Shown piece by piece: positions 49,978 through 61,817 of a DNA stretch of 64,000 bases. Position 1 is the stretch's first letter. Every line of letters starts with the position of its first letter. The stretch lies in contig NC_043007.1 in NCBI RefSeq assembly GCF_006345805.1, positions 9,238,001-9,302,000 on the forward strand, written 5' to 3'. The notes under the pieces were generated by a model that saw nothing but the letters and a program-made list of their open reading frames with translations, did no database searches and was not told the DNA's origin. Source of the stretch: Octopus sinensis. Taxonomy: Eukaryota. The position numbers were made by a program, and so were the translations under genes.

Positions 49978-50039
49978 GGTAAAACTCCGAGTTTCGGATG
50001 AGGAGGTAGAAATCCACGCTGCCATCTCTTCAGTTATCC
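49978..50039 (-). ncRNA. Type-I hammerhead ribozyme motif, near intact
   Basis: ggataa-CTGAAGA-GATG..22 nt..CATC c-GAAA-ct cgg a-GTT-ttacc. Perfect core and all three stems formable. Confidence 0.7.
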
Positions 50040-50390
50040 GGCCATCGGAAAAACGCTTTTGGATTTGGTTTCTAAAATTCTTTGAGTGACTTCGAGTGTT
50101 AAACCATGTTCTCTTGTCTGTGGAGTGTCATTCTCTCATTCATTTATTTGTTTATTGTTGGAAAAATTTTCGTTGCGTCTTGCAACATTTTCGATAGTCA
50201 TTGACTCTCAAAAACTGTTGAAAATGTTGCAAGACGCAACGAAAATTTTTACAAAAATAAACAAATAAATAAATGGAAAGTTCACCGGTGAGTGTGTTAA
50301 ATTACAATTTACTAACAGCGAATGACTGTCCCCAGACACAACAGAATACATACATACATACATACATACATACATTACATACATACATAC

Positions 50391-50422
<32 letters not shown>

Positions 50423-50517
50423 TCTATATACAGATAAAGGGTGAAATATAATTAATTTAATAAAATCAATAAATTTCACCTAGTAGGACCATATTCGGAA
50501 AAAATTTATATAATTAC

Positions 50518-50657
50518 AATAAGGGTTTTTGCAACAAGTTCCTTAAACCACATACCGAAAATATTAGAAATAGCAGCAATAGAATAGTGGACCTTTGACT
50601 GCTATTTATAATTTTTCGGTATGTGGTTTAAGGAACTTGTTGCAAAAAACCCTTATT
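50518..50657. repeat. Palindrome, ~62-bp arms, 15-nt loop, related to 49569-49750
   Basis: Arms contain ACCACATACCGAAA..T..GAAATAGCAG, as does the other palindrome. Confidence 0.92.
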
Positions 50658-51187
50658 AACATTATATATATATATATTATATATTATATATATAGATATA
50701 TATATATATATATATATGGTGGAATTTTTTTTTAATTCGTATTTCAATTTCCATCATATATTGCTGCCTTTTACTTTCTGTTTTTTTTTTTTTTCTAACG
50801 ACTCTGAACTTCCAGTCTGTGAAAAATATTCATTCTTCGCCCATCAGGATGCCTGAACAGAAGTGGAATTAGTGCAATAGCTTCATATTATGACTGACTG
50901 ATCTGCTATTGAATGGTTCGTTCTGACAATGGTTTCGAAGGGCCTCTCTCTCTCTCTCTCTCTCACACAATCCAATTAAACATACACTGAGCAGATAAAT
51001 TTGATTCCGACGTTATATTTCCCCGAAGATTACTGTATGAGAAATAAAAGCGAACCAAAAAAACAATATTTCATTAGATGAAAAAAAAAATGGCTTGTAT
51101 ATTATAGAGAGATGTTATCTCAATTGCTATGACTAGCACAAATAAGTAACTCTTCTCTTGGTCACCGACATACTGATCAAAATCGTT

Positions 51188-51225
<38 letters not shown>

Positions 51226-51592
51226 TATATAAACATAGAGAAATCAGTATATACACCCAGTATATATACACACACCACTTATAGCTATATATATATATAA
51301 TATATGTGTATATGTATGTATATATATAAAATATATGTACATATATATTTATGTATGTATATAATAAAATATATATGTACATATATATTTAATGTATATT
51401 ATATATATATAATATATTATATTTATATATATAACACACATATATTTATCTATATATATGTTGTATGTATGTGTATATATACATATAATATATTATATAT
51501 GTGTGTGTGTGTATGTATAAAGCAATATGTATATGAATAGAGACGTACATATAGATATACATATCTGCAGCGACTTATAAGTTATTGTATAT

Positions 51593-51685
<93 letters not shown>

Positions 51686-52099
51686 TGTGCTAAATAAAAT
51701 GAGAAGAAACCCAAGGCTGTGCGGAAATTTATAGAACATTTATAAAGGGAAAGGTAGTGTTACATCTGTTTCTGGGATATTAGGGATATATTTTCATCAA
51801 AGATATAAGAGGGTGAACTAGAGGGAAAGAGTAGAATCCAATATAAGGATTTATTTTGGAGAAGGATGGATATAGGAAAGATAAAGGGAAAAAAGGGAAC
51901 AAAAAATTAAAGTAAAAATATAAATCGAAGAGAGACGCTAACAACGGCCCACCTGTAGTACTTACATAGCATTACCTGCCATCTTGCCTCTTCTGGATAC
52001 CATTACATCTCATATCATTACTATATATATGTATATATATATGTATGTTTTGTGTGTGTTTGTGTACGTGTGTGCGTGTATATATATATATATATATAT

Positions 52100-52147
<48 letters not shown>

Positions 52148-52149
<2 letters not shown>

Positions 52150-53770
52150 CGGGAAGCTTATGAAAATAAACAAAAGACGAAGGCAGGTGGAAAACAAACG
52201 AACAATTGTATTAGTATGGCGCTCAGGATATAATAAAACAAGTCTTTAACGTTTCGAGCCTACGCCCTTCAACAGAAAGATACACAGAGAGAAAAAAAAC
52301 ACAGAAAGAAGGAGAGAAAAAAAATGCGTGCAGTAGCTAACGAATCAACATGGCGATCTGATTTCGGCCAGAGGTCAAAGATCAAACATGAGACGCGAGA
52401 GCGAAATAAGGGGAGATAATAGGGTTGATAAAAGGGTTGAGGGACCAGCTAATAGTGCGTAGGAGGGGTCTGGATGTGTGTATGTATAGGGTTGGTGTAT
52501 GTATTAGTATGTATAAGGGTGTGTGTGTGTGTGTGTATGAGAGAGTATTAGTGCGTAGGATTGGTCTGGACGTGCGTATGTATGGGGTTGGTGTATGTAT
52601 TAGTATGTATTAGTATGTATTAGAACGTATTGGTATGTATAAGTGTGTGTGTATGAGAGAGTATAAGTGCGTATGCGGGGTCTGGACGTGTGTATGTATA
52701 GGGTTGGTGTATGTATTAGTATGTACTAGTATGTATTAGTACGTATTAGTATGTATTAGTTGGTGTGTGTATTAGTATGGCACATCATATGTGATGTGAT
52801 GTGTAAAGTCAAGTGGTGTAGTGAGGAGAAGAGGGAGGGGGGAGAAGAGGGGGAGAGAAGGGGAGGGGAAGAAGAAGGGAGGGGGAGGAGAGGGGGGAAG
52901 AGGAGAGGAAGGGGGAGAGGGGGATGAAGGAGGAAAGAGGGAGAGGGGGAGAGAGAAAGGGAAGAGAGGGAGTGAGGGAGCAGAGGGAAGGGGAAGAGGG
53001 AGGGAGAAAGAGGGAAGAAGGGAAGGGGAGTAGGGGTGAAAGGATGAAGGACTGAAGAAGTAGGGGTCGGGGGGAAAGGATAGGTGAGGAGGGGTAGAGG
53101 GGGCGTTAGATGAGGAGGGGGGGAGAGTTGAGACCAAATGGCGTATAAGAGCGAAGAGAGAAGATTAATTCCTGTTCACGGCGCAAACGGGAATCCGGAT
53201 GGCCTCTGTGTAAGGACAAACCGAACACAGATAGGTGTTGCAAGGAGTGACCGGTGGAGCGGAAATGGCGTGAGACCGGTGTGTCGTTCGCAAGGTGGAT
53301 GTCACGAAGGTGTTCCGCGAACCGGTCAGCCAAGCGCGTCCCGTTTGTCCGATGTACAGGAATTGCAGAGAGAGCAAGAGATGCAATAGATAATATTGCT
53401 GGAGGTGCAGGTGAAGGAGTGGATGATGGGATAGGGTCGATGGTGGGTGCTAGTGAGGCGGGTGGTGTTGGAGAGGTAAGGGCAAGTGCGGCAACGTGGG
53501 CGGGAGCAGGGGAACGAGCCGGGTTGGGAGGTAGGGTCAGGGAAGGAGCTATGGACCAAAAGGTCTCGAAGGTTGTGGGCTCGTTTGAAAGAGGGAGGGG
53601 TCGGTTAGGGAAGAGTGTGAAGTGGACGGGTCGGACTGGAGATGACGGAAAGCTCGAAGAATGGTGCGTTGGAGACGTAGGGTCGTGGGGTGGTAAGTGA
53701 GGGGAAAAGGGAGGCGGGAGACTACAGGGCGGGTTCGAGGAGAGAGAGCAGATACACGGTCCACGGACCG
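52148..53770 (-). mobile_element. Penelope-like element, 5'-truncated: zinc knuckle + GIY-YIG + long 3' UTR with hammerhead
   Basis: CSRPRCRTCPYL...HSFTCTSSNIIYCISCSLC / LYIGQTGR.LADRFAEHLRDIHLANDTPVSRHFRSTGH...RLRREQELIFSLRSYTPFGLN (53106-53560, 1-2 frameshifts). Hammerhead at 52280-52242; ends at (TA)n. Confidence 0.92.
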
Positions 53771-54189
53771 TGCTCTGGCAAGGGCGATACATATATATAT
53801 AGTATACATACACACACACACACACATATATACATATACATATATATATATAGATAGATATATACGCATAGGTATTTATATTGATATGAATATGGTATAT
53901 ATGTATATTTACATATATATATATTTGAAATGTATGTATGTATGTATGTATGTATGTGTGGTGGTGGGGGTGCGAGTGTGTGGGTGCGTATAAGCACGTC
54001 TGTGTGGTATGAAATTTCATTTTGAACCGCCATTGTGTTGAGTTCCATTTTGTGGCAATTCGGCCAATTACTTTCGACTATAGCCTTGGTCCGACCGAAC
54101 CGTTGAGACCCGACCGGTATATAGAGTGGCGAAGCTCGTCGTGTATATATATAAACATACAGATATGCATACTCATACACATGTACTGG

Positions 54190-54520
54190 TATCATCCTCT
54201 CTTTTCTTCATAACTGGAGTGATTAGTATGTTTTGGTAGTAATTGCTGCTTAATAGATTGTTACTGAGCTTGATCATTTCTTTGTGGTGGATATCACGTT
54301 GCTTACTTATATTCTTTGCTCGATGTTTTAGGCACTGAGCAATCCCTCTCTTTACACTCAGTTGAAATTGAGGTATCATCCAATGAATGTCCGCTTGCGG
54401 TATACGGATATCCTGAATCTATACATAATGCGTGTTATTAACAAGTCCAGGAATGCTAGCTGATTATCTTTTTCCTTTTCCATTTTAAACTGTATGGTGG
54501 TAATGAACAAGTCTGATTTC
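54190..54520 (-). pseudogene. Penelope-like RT thumb fragment (Poseidon-like by motif)
   Basis: IQFKMEKEKDNQLAFLDLLITR...SVYRKRTFIG.YLNFN..KRGIAQCLKHRAKNIS. Confidence 0.85.
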
Positions 54521-56090
54521 TCAGAAAAATTGGCAAGCTGGCAAACTTCCAAGGAAAACTGAAGGAAGGTAAAATATGCCCCATTCATAAAGGAGGTAGC
54601 AGAGCGGAAGCCAAGAACTATAGACCTATCTCTCTGACCTCACACATCAGCAAGGTCATGGAACGAATAGTCAGAAGGAAGCTGATCACCTTCCTTGAAG
54701 AGAATGACTTGCTGCCCGACACCCAACATGGTTTCCGACCAGGGAGAAGCTGTTTAACTCAGCTCCTACAATACTATGACTGGGTGCTGAAACGGCTGCT
54801 CAACCACTCAAATGTGGAAGTGATATATCTCGACTTTGCAAAGGCCTTTGATAAAGTCGATCATGGAATGATATGTCACAAAATGCGTGATCTCAACATA
54901 GTTGGAAAACTGGGAGAATGGCTTCATGACTTTCTGAGGATAGAAGTCAGGTGGTAGTAGCCAATGGGGCCACCTCCATTAACACACAAATAGTGAGCGG
55001 TGTTCCGCAGGGCACTGTTCTGGGACCACTACTGTTCATAATGGCCCTCTCAGACATGCCCTCAGCCACGCAGAGAGCCACATCACAAGTTATGCAGATG
55101 ATACAAAAGTTTCACAGGCAATACAGAACCCTGAGGACACTAAACACCTGCAATGTGAGCTGGACGAAATATACAAGTGGGCTGAAAAGAATAGCATGCA
55201 GTTCAATGCTGGAAAGTTTCAAGCTTTATACTATCAGCATGCAAAACTGAATGCAATACCCAATGATTACACTGGACCCGGAGGGATTGCAATCCCAGAG
55301 GCACAATCAGTGCGTGACCTCGGTATTCACATGAGTGATGACGCGACCTTTCATATACATGTTGCTAAACTGACAATGAAATGTAGACGGCTGGCTGGAT
55401 GGATTCTTAGAACCTTTAGAACAATAGAACAAGAAACCATGATGGTCCTCTGGAAGACACTTGTCCTAAGCCACTTTGACTATTGCTCTCAGCTATGGTC
55501 ACCATCCAGTGTCAAGTTGATCACAGAACTTGAGGCGATCCAACGAAGCTACACGAAGAAGATAGCCTCTATGCAGAATGTAAGCTACTGGGAAAGACTC
55601 AAGAGATTAAAATTATATTCCCTGGAGCGTAGGCGGGAAAGATATGCCATAATATACATCTGGAAGATCCTGGAGGGAAGTGTCCTGAACTTTGGCATCG
55701 AGAGTTACGCAAATGCCAGAACTGGGAGCCACTGCGTGGTGCCTAGGACTCCAAACCTGCCATCAAGATGTAGGACAAGATTCTGTGATAGCCTGGTCTT
55801 CCGAGGCCCACAGCTCTTCAATATCCTCCCGAAGAACCTGAGAGACTGCATGGGGTGGATACAGATGTCTTTAAAATGAAGCTGGATCTCTTCCTGTCAG
55901 GTGTCCCAGATGAACCAACTTCACGGCAGGAGGGGCAGATGAGGGCAGCTGCATCGAACTCTCTCATGCACCAAATAGCAGTTGCTAGAAAGCCTCCATG
56001 AAGTGAAACCAAGTAGCAACACCAAATGGCGGTGCCCCAGCATGGCCACAGCTCATAAGCTGAAACTAGAATGAATGAATGAATCAATCA
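54515..56090 (+). mobile_element. CR1-clade LINE, 5'-truncated ORF2 (RT) with intact 3' end
   Basis: PIHKGG..KNYRPISLTSHISKVMER, QHGFRPGRSCLTQLL, YLDFAKAFDKVDH, SGVPQGTVLGPLLF, SYADDTK, RDLGI..GWILRTF, LYSLERRRERY. Frameshifts between ORFs 54658-54957, 54951-55250 and 55196-55879; (AATG)n tail. Confidence 0.95.
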
Positions 56091-56391
56091 AGTCCTGTAA
56101 GTGATAGGAGCTACAGCAAAGTAAAGAAAGACCCAACACTAAAAACAGAGAGGAGGTTGTCACAGATCTTGATCAAGAACAAGGATCACTTAACACCAAT
56201 GAAGTACACACAACTGACTTCTTTCTAATAATTTCCTAATATTTTCGATATCTTTCAACTAAAGGAACCAGATATATATGCATATATATATATATATATA
56301 TATATGTAATTTTTTTATTTGTACACGCGCACACACACAAACACACACACACACACAAACACACATATATATATATATATATAGATATATA

Positions 56392-56555
56392 AGGCGCAGG
56401 GGTGGCTATGTGGTAAGTAGCTTGCATACCTACCTCATGGACCCGGGTCCACACTCACTTCATGTTACCTTGGGCCAGTGTCTTCTTCTATAGCCTCGAG
56501 CCGACCAAAGCCTTGTGAGTGGATTTGGTAGACGGAAACTGAATGAAACCCGTCG

Positions 56556-56596
<41 letters not shown>

Positions 56597-56786
56597 TTGT
56601 GTGTCTGTGTTTGCCCCACCACCACCACCACCGCTTGACAACCGATGTTGGTGTGTTTATATCCCCGTATCTAGCGGTTCGACAAAAGAGACCGATAGAA
56701 TAAGTACTATGCTTACAAAGAATGAGTCCTTGAATTCGATTTCTTCGACTAAAGGCGGTGCTCTGGCATGGCCGCAGTCAAATGAC
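56392..56786 (+). mobile_element. SINE family C
   Basis: GTGGCTATGTGGTAAG head, CCTTGGGCCAGTGTCTT box, internal TA/GT tract and GGCGGTGCTCTGGCATGGCCGCAGTCAAATGAC end. Confidence 0.9.
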
Positions 56787-57280
56787 ACGCACATAAAAAA
56801 AGAATATATATATTTATAGAGAGAGAGAGAGAAAGGGGAAGAGCGAGAGAAAGAGCAGGAATGGAAGCGTTTATATTCACACTTTAATCTAAAAGAAATA
56901 AAAAGATTCTTAGACATTTTCTTCTGTGTCCTAACTTAAGAAAAACAATGATACATATATTTTCAGATATTGTGTCTCCATATGCATTTAATGATATAGA
57001 TTCGTCCGATGACTATGCCGTGTATATCGTATTATGGACACTCAAAGCGGATTATATTTATTCGCCACTGTAATAAGCTAATATTGACGCAATTTTGAGA
57101 GTATGCTGCATAATGGTCTTTTCATTTTGCTAGATATAGCAGCGAATATATGTTTCAAATTAAATTTTTATTGTCATGAAAATTGATAGTTCTTGTCTTG
57201 GATTAGGAGTAGGATATATAGCCTAGTATACATTATGAGGGGAAAAACGGCATTGTTATTGCTAAAATTTGTTTTCTTAC

Positions 57281-57395
57281 TTCAAACCAGAGTAGCAAAT
57301 TTCCTGAAGTTGTAGAATAACAGATTCCAGATTATCAGAAATATCATAGTCTGAGAATTTGTAGCTTACCAGAAATGATATATCAGGAGTAAAAT
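57281..57395 (-). CDS. Candidate host exon (unrecognised)
   Basis: TATTTCACTATAG acceptor, open frame DFTPDISFLVSYKFSDYDISDNLESVILQLQEICYSGL, AA|GTAAGA donor, in-frame stop just inside the intron. No homology recognised. Confidence 0.25.
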
Positions 57396-57433
57396 CTATA
57401 GTGAAATAGCAGTAATATATTATCAGATATTAC

Positions 57434-57974
57434 GGCGGCGAGCTGGCAGAAACGTTAGCACGCCGGGCGAAATGCTTAGCGGTATTTCGTCTGCGTTACG
57501 TTGTGAGTTCAAATTCCGCCGAGGTCGACTTTGCCTTTCATCCTTTCGGGGTCGATAAATTAAGTACCAGTTACGCACTGGGGTCGATGTAATCGACTTA
57601 ATACCTATGTCTGTCCTTGTTTGTCCCCTCTGTGTTTAGCCCCTTGTGGGTAATAAAGAAATAGGTATTTCGTTTGTCTTTAGGTTCAAAGTTCAAATTC
57701 CGCCGAGGTCGACTTTGCCTTTCATCCTTTTGGGGTCGATAAATTAAGCACCAGTTACGCACTGGAGTCGATATAATCGACTCAATCCGTTTGTCTGTCC
57801 TTGTTTGTCCTCTCTGTGTTTAGCCCCTTGTGGGTTGTAAAGAAATAAGTATTTAGTTTGTCTTTAGGTTCTGAATTCAAATTCCACCGAGGTCGAATTT
57901 GCCTTTCATCCTTTCGTAATGCTTTTGCTCACTCATCCCAAATTGCTGGCTTTGTGCCCAAATTTGAAACCAAT
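57434..57974 (+). mobile_element. SINE family B concatemer (head + two units + partial unit + tail)
   Basis: Units join at AAAGAAATA(G/A)|GTATTT; ends AAATTGCTGGCTTTGTGCCCAAATTTGAAACCAAT. Confidence 0.92.
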
Positions 57975-58352
57975 CAATTATCAGAGAGAGCCAATTGCGA
58001 GGATCAATGTATTTTAAGAACTATTTTCCAAATAAATAGTAGATTACTAGAAACACGGTTCTAGATTCAACTCTCATGAAACAATAGTTACGTTGGCCGG
58101 CAAAAGTGGTTAAAATAACAAATGTTTTCAGACTTTTAGTTAGCGTGTGTCTCGTAGATTTTGAGTAATATAAAACGTTCGTTTCGTTAGTCTCGAACAA
58201 AAGTTTTTTTGGGCGAAGAATATGTGAATATATATCATATACAATGCATAGACGACCAGGAAATATGTGATGTATATCATGTGCGATAGACAGGAAAGGC
58301 AAAATTTTAATAAGCAATAATAAACGAGGTATAAACAGTAGCTGCACGACAA

Positions 58353-58501
58353 TGTGAAGTATATTTGCCACTTAAATGTGGCTAACTATTAAGGGTGGAT
58401 GCTACTGTTGCTTGTAGCTCTAAAAGGGATACAGTGCTACAAGCTACAGTGGCATCCACTCTTAGTGGTTAGCCACATTTAAATGGCAATTATACTTCAC
58501 A
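58353..58501. repeat. Isolated imperfect palindrome, ~66-bp arms, 17-nt loop
   Basis: TGTGAAGTATATTTGCCACTTAAATGTGGCTAAC...CTTGTAGC pairs with GCTACAAG...GTTAGCCACATTTAAATGGCAATTATACTTCACA. Confidence 0.9.
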
Positions 58502-58981
58502 AAAGTTTAATAGTTTCCGGAAAATTCGAACGTAAATACTCTAATCGTAGTTGACAGCCATTGAACAACTCTTCATTTCATACGTGTTGATAATATATTC
58601 GTTTCATTAGCGTAAACTTTGGGACACTCAGTTTTTCGACATTCTTATGAATTTTCAGGTACAGCCAACTTGATCTAACGAATTAAAGAAGAATTTGCTA
58701 TTCTTCTTTATAAATTCAATAAGTTATTTGATAATGTGTGCTTATACCTGCCAATCTATAATTAATTGCCACGTGCATGATGATAGCAAGGATCAGAACG
58801 ATGACATGCAAATTCAAGTCAGGTTAAACAAAGATTTCACTTTCTTAAATGTACCTCGATGTTGCAATATTGGAGTTTTTTTCTGTAACTTCTGTTGCAA
58901 AGGACCAAATAATCTGCTATTGTTAAATTTAGTTAGAAACAAAGAGAGCAAACATATTTTCATTATGTCGTTATTATTGCA

Positions 58982-59070
<89 letters not shown>

Positions 59071-59166
59071 GCCTGTATGTCTAACCCTAACCCTAACTCT
59101 GTCACACTCTCTCTCTGTAATTATATATGTATATATATAATATATATAGAAAGGGAGAGAGAGAAC

Positions 59167-59212
<46 letters not shown>

Positions 59213-59285
59213 TCACACACACATATATATATACATATATACATAAATATACGTATATGTACACACACACACACACACACCACAC

Positions 59286-59317
<32 letters not shown>

Positions 59318-60002
59318 TATATATACATAAACAAATATAAACACACCCGGTTTGTGTGTGTGTGTAAATGACTGAGTATACATATATACGTAGCTATATG
59401 TCTGTAGATATGTATATATATATATTTATGACACTAATAGCGAGTGTGCATCAGCTGTATTTTATTGTCACCGCAGATTAAGTGTTTGAAGAACGGCATC
59501 ATTCGAAATAATCCTGTTTACCTTTAGAGTATTCGATTTTCAAGATGTATCCTTTTTCCATGCAAAAATACACAAACCAAAACTCGACGCTGCGAGAAAT
59601 ATTCTATTACATATAATTGTTGAAATTGCAAATGAAGGATTATTAAAGCATTTAAGCAATTTATCTTAAAGAATCAATATTATAATTCCAATTGACATAT
59701 CGAATATACACTCAAACATTTAAATAATTTCTGGACAAATATCAATAATTTTGAATTTACGTGCGATTATTTTAATGCAATGCTGCATTTAATTGAAGGA
59801 AGGAAAGACGTGACACAGGGGACAAAGCTCTGACATTTTAATTTGAATGATTAAAAAATGCTAATATTTCAAAAGTGTTTAGCAATATGTAATTTCAATA
59901 TTTGATACATAAGATGAAATATAGAATATCGTACTATTGAATTAGATTATGTACTCGTAGAGGATTTAACATATGATTGAGTTAAAGTTCTACTGCATAA
60001 GA

Positions 60003-60044
<42 letters not shown>

Positions 60045-60084
60045 TTATATATATATATATATATATATATTATTTATATATACT

Positions 60085-60492
60085 CTTTTATTCTTTTACT
60101 TGTTTCAGTCATTTGACTTCGGCCATGATGCTGGAGCACCACCTTTAGTCGATCAAATCGACCCGAGGACTTATTCTTTGTAAGCTAATGCACTTATTCT
60201 ATCGATCTCTTTTGCCAAACCGCTAAGTTGCGGGGACGTAGACACACACCACCACCGGTTGTAGCGACTTTGGGGTGAAACAAACACAGACACACAAATA
60301 CATACATATATATATATATGTATATACATATATACGACGGGCTTCTTAGAGTTTCCGTCTACCAAATCCACTCATAAGGTTTTGGTCGGCCCGAGGCTAT
60401 AGTAGAATGCACTCGACCAAGGTGCCACGCAGTGGGACTGAACCCGGAAACATGTGGTTGGTAAGCAGGCTACTTACCACACAGACACTCCT
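60085..60492 (-). mobile_element. SINE family C
   Basis: Tail, internal TA tract and GGAGTGTCTGTGTGGTAAG head are all present. Confidence 0.9.
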
Positions 60493-60719
60493 ACTTCTTT
60501 ATTTATCTATCTAGTTACCTATCTATTTATCAATGTATATATGTGTGTCAGTGTGTGTGTGCGTGTATGTGTGCGTGTGTGTGCGTGTGGGAGTGTGTGC
60601 GTTTGTGTCTCTGCGTTCGCTCGTTTGTCTGTATGCTCTTATTCATATGAAAAGCTGGTGTCATCTATAGTCATAATGAAGAGCCGCAGACCCTTGTAAG
60701 ATTCATCAGTCGATGATGC

Positions 60720-60767
60720 TTTTGTCTGACGAGACACCATGATGTCGAAACAATGGATGTCCCAGAG
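60720..60767 (+). ncRNA. Type-I hammerhead ribozyme motif
   Basis: ttttgt-CTGACGA-GACA ccatga TGTC-GAAA-ca atgga t-GTC-ccagag. Perfect core, 4-bp stem II, 3-bp stem III, stem I mostly wobble pairs. Confidence 0.65.
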
Positions 60768-61493
60768 TCCCCTTACGTTAATGAATCGAGTATCTTATGA
60801 ATGTCTTAAAGGAGAAGCTTTTCTATTACGACAAAACAATAGAGTGATTACCATATATCCAATTTCGAATATGTCGGAAGGTGTTAAGTATAAATAGACA
60901 TGTCTTTGTTTCAACTCGCACTTTTCACTCCGCATGCGTCGATCTATTGTCAGCCTTCAGATATCAAATATGTAAGAGCAAACAATTTGTTTTAGGATAT
61001 TTAGTTGTTATACACACACGCTCACACATAGACACACACACATCCAGTTACACACTCTGGCACAGACACAGACACACATATTTGTTTCTTACAAATCGCT
61101 ATCCTCGTCCTTATTTTAACTATTATAGAAAATATAAAATGTTTAGGCTTCTGAATCTGTGTGTATAAATGAATACATCTAATGTATCCAAAACAGTCCA
61201 GTTAAAAACAACACAAAACAAAAATAAATAAGTAAATAAATAAATATAAGGAATATTCCAAATGTTTTTTTTTTTATAATTCTTAACACTTTGAAAAAAG
61301 TGAAGCAAAAATCGGAAACAAAAACCTGGAGTGTGCTAAGACAAAAAGAAAGCGACATATTACTAATCAAAATATATAGCAATTCACCATGGGTGGGATT
61401 CGAGGCAAACGAAAATATAGCTCTGAGCTCACTCCATGTATTCAAATCAGATTTGTGAAGATTTAAGATTGCGAGGCTCAAGTATGTATATAT

Positions 61494-61592
<99 letters not shown>

Positions 61593-61669
61593 GTATGTAT
61601 ATATGTATATATATATATATGTATGTATGTATATATGTATATGTATATATATAATATATATATATATAT

Positions 61670-61703
<34 letters not shown>

Positions 61704-61766
61704 ATATATGTATGTATATATGTATATATATATATATGTATGTATATGTATATGTATATCTGTGTG

Positions 61767-61815
<49 letters not shown>

Positions 61816-61817
<2 letters not shown>

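Noticed and set aside
59081-59097. (CCCTAA)n interstitial telomere-like repeat
   Set aside because: Under three units, within a TATC/CT microsatellite patch.
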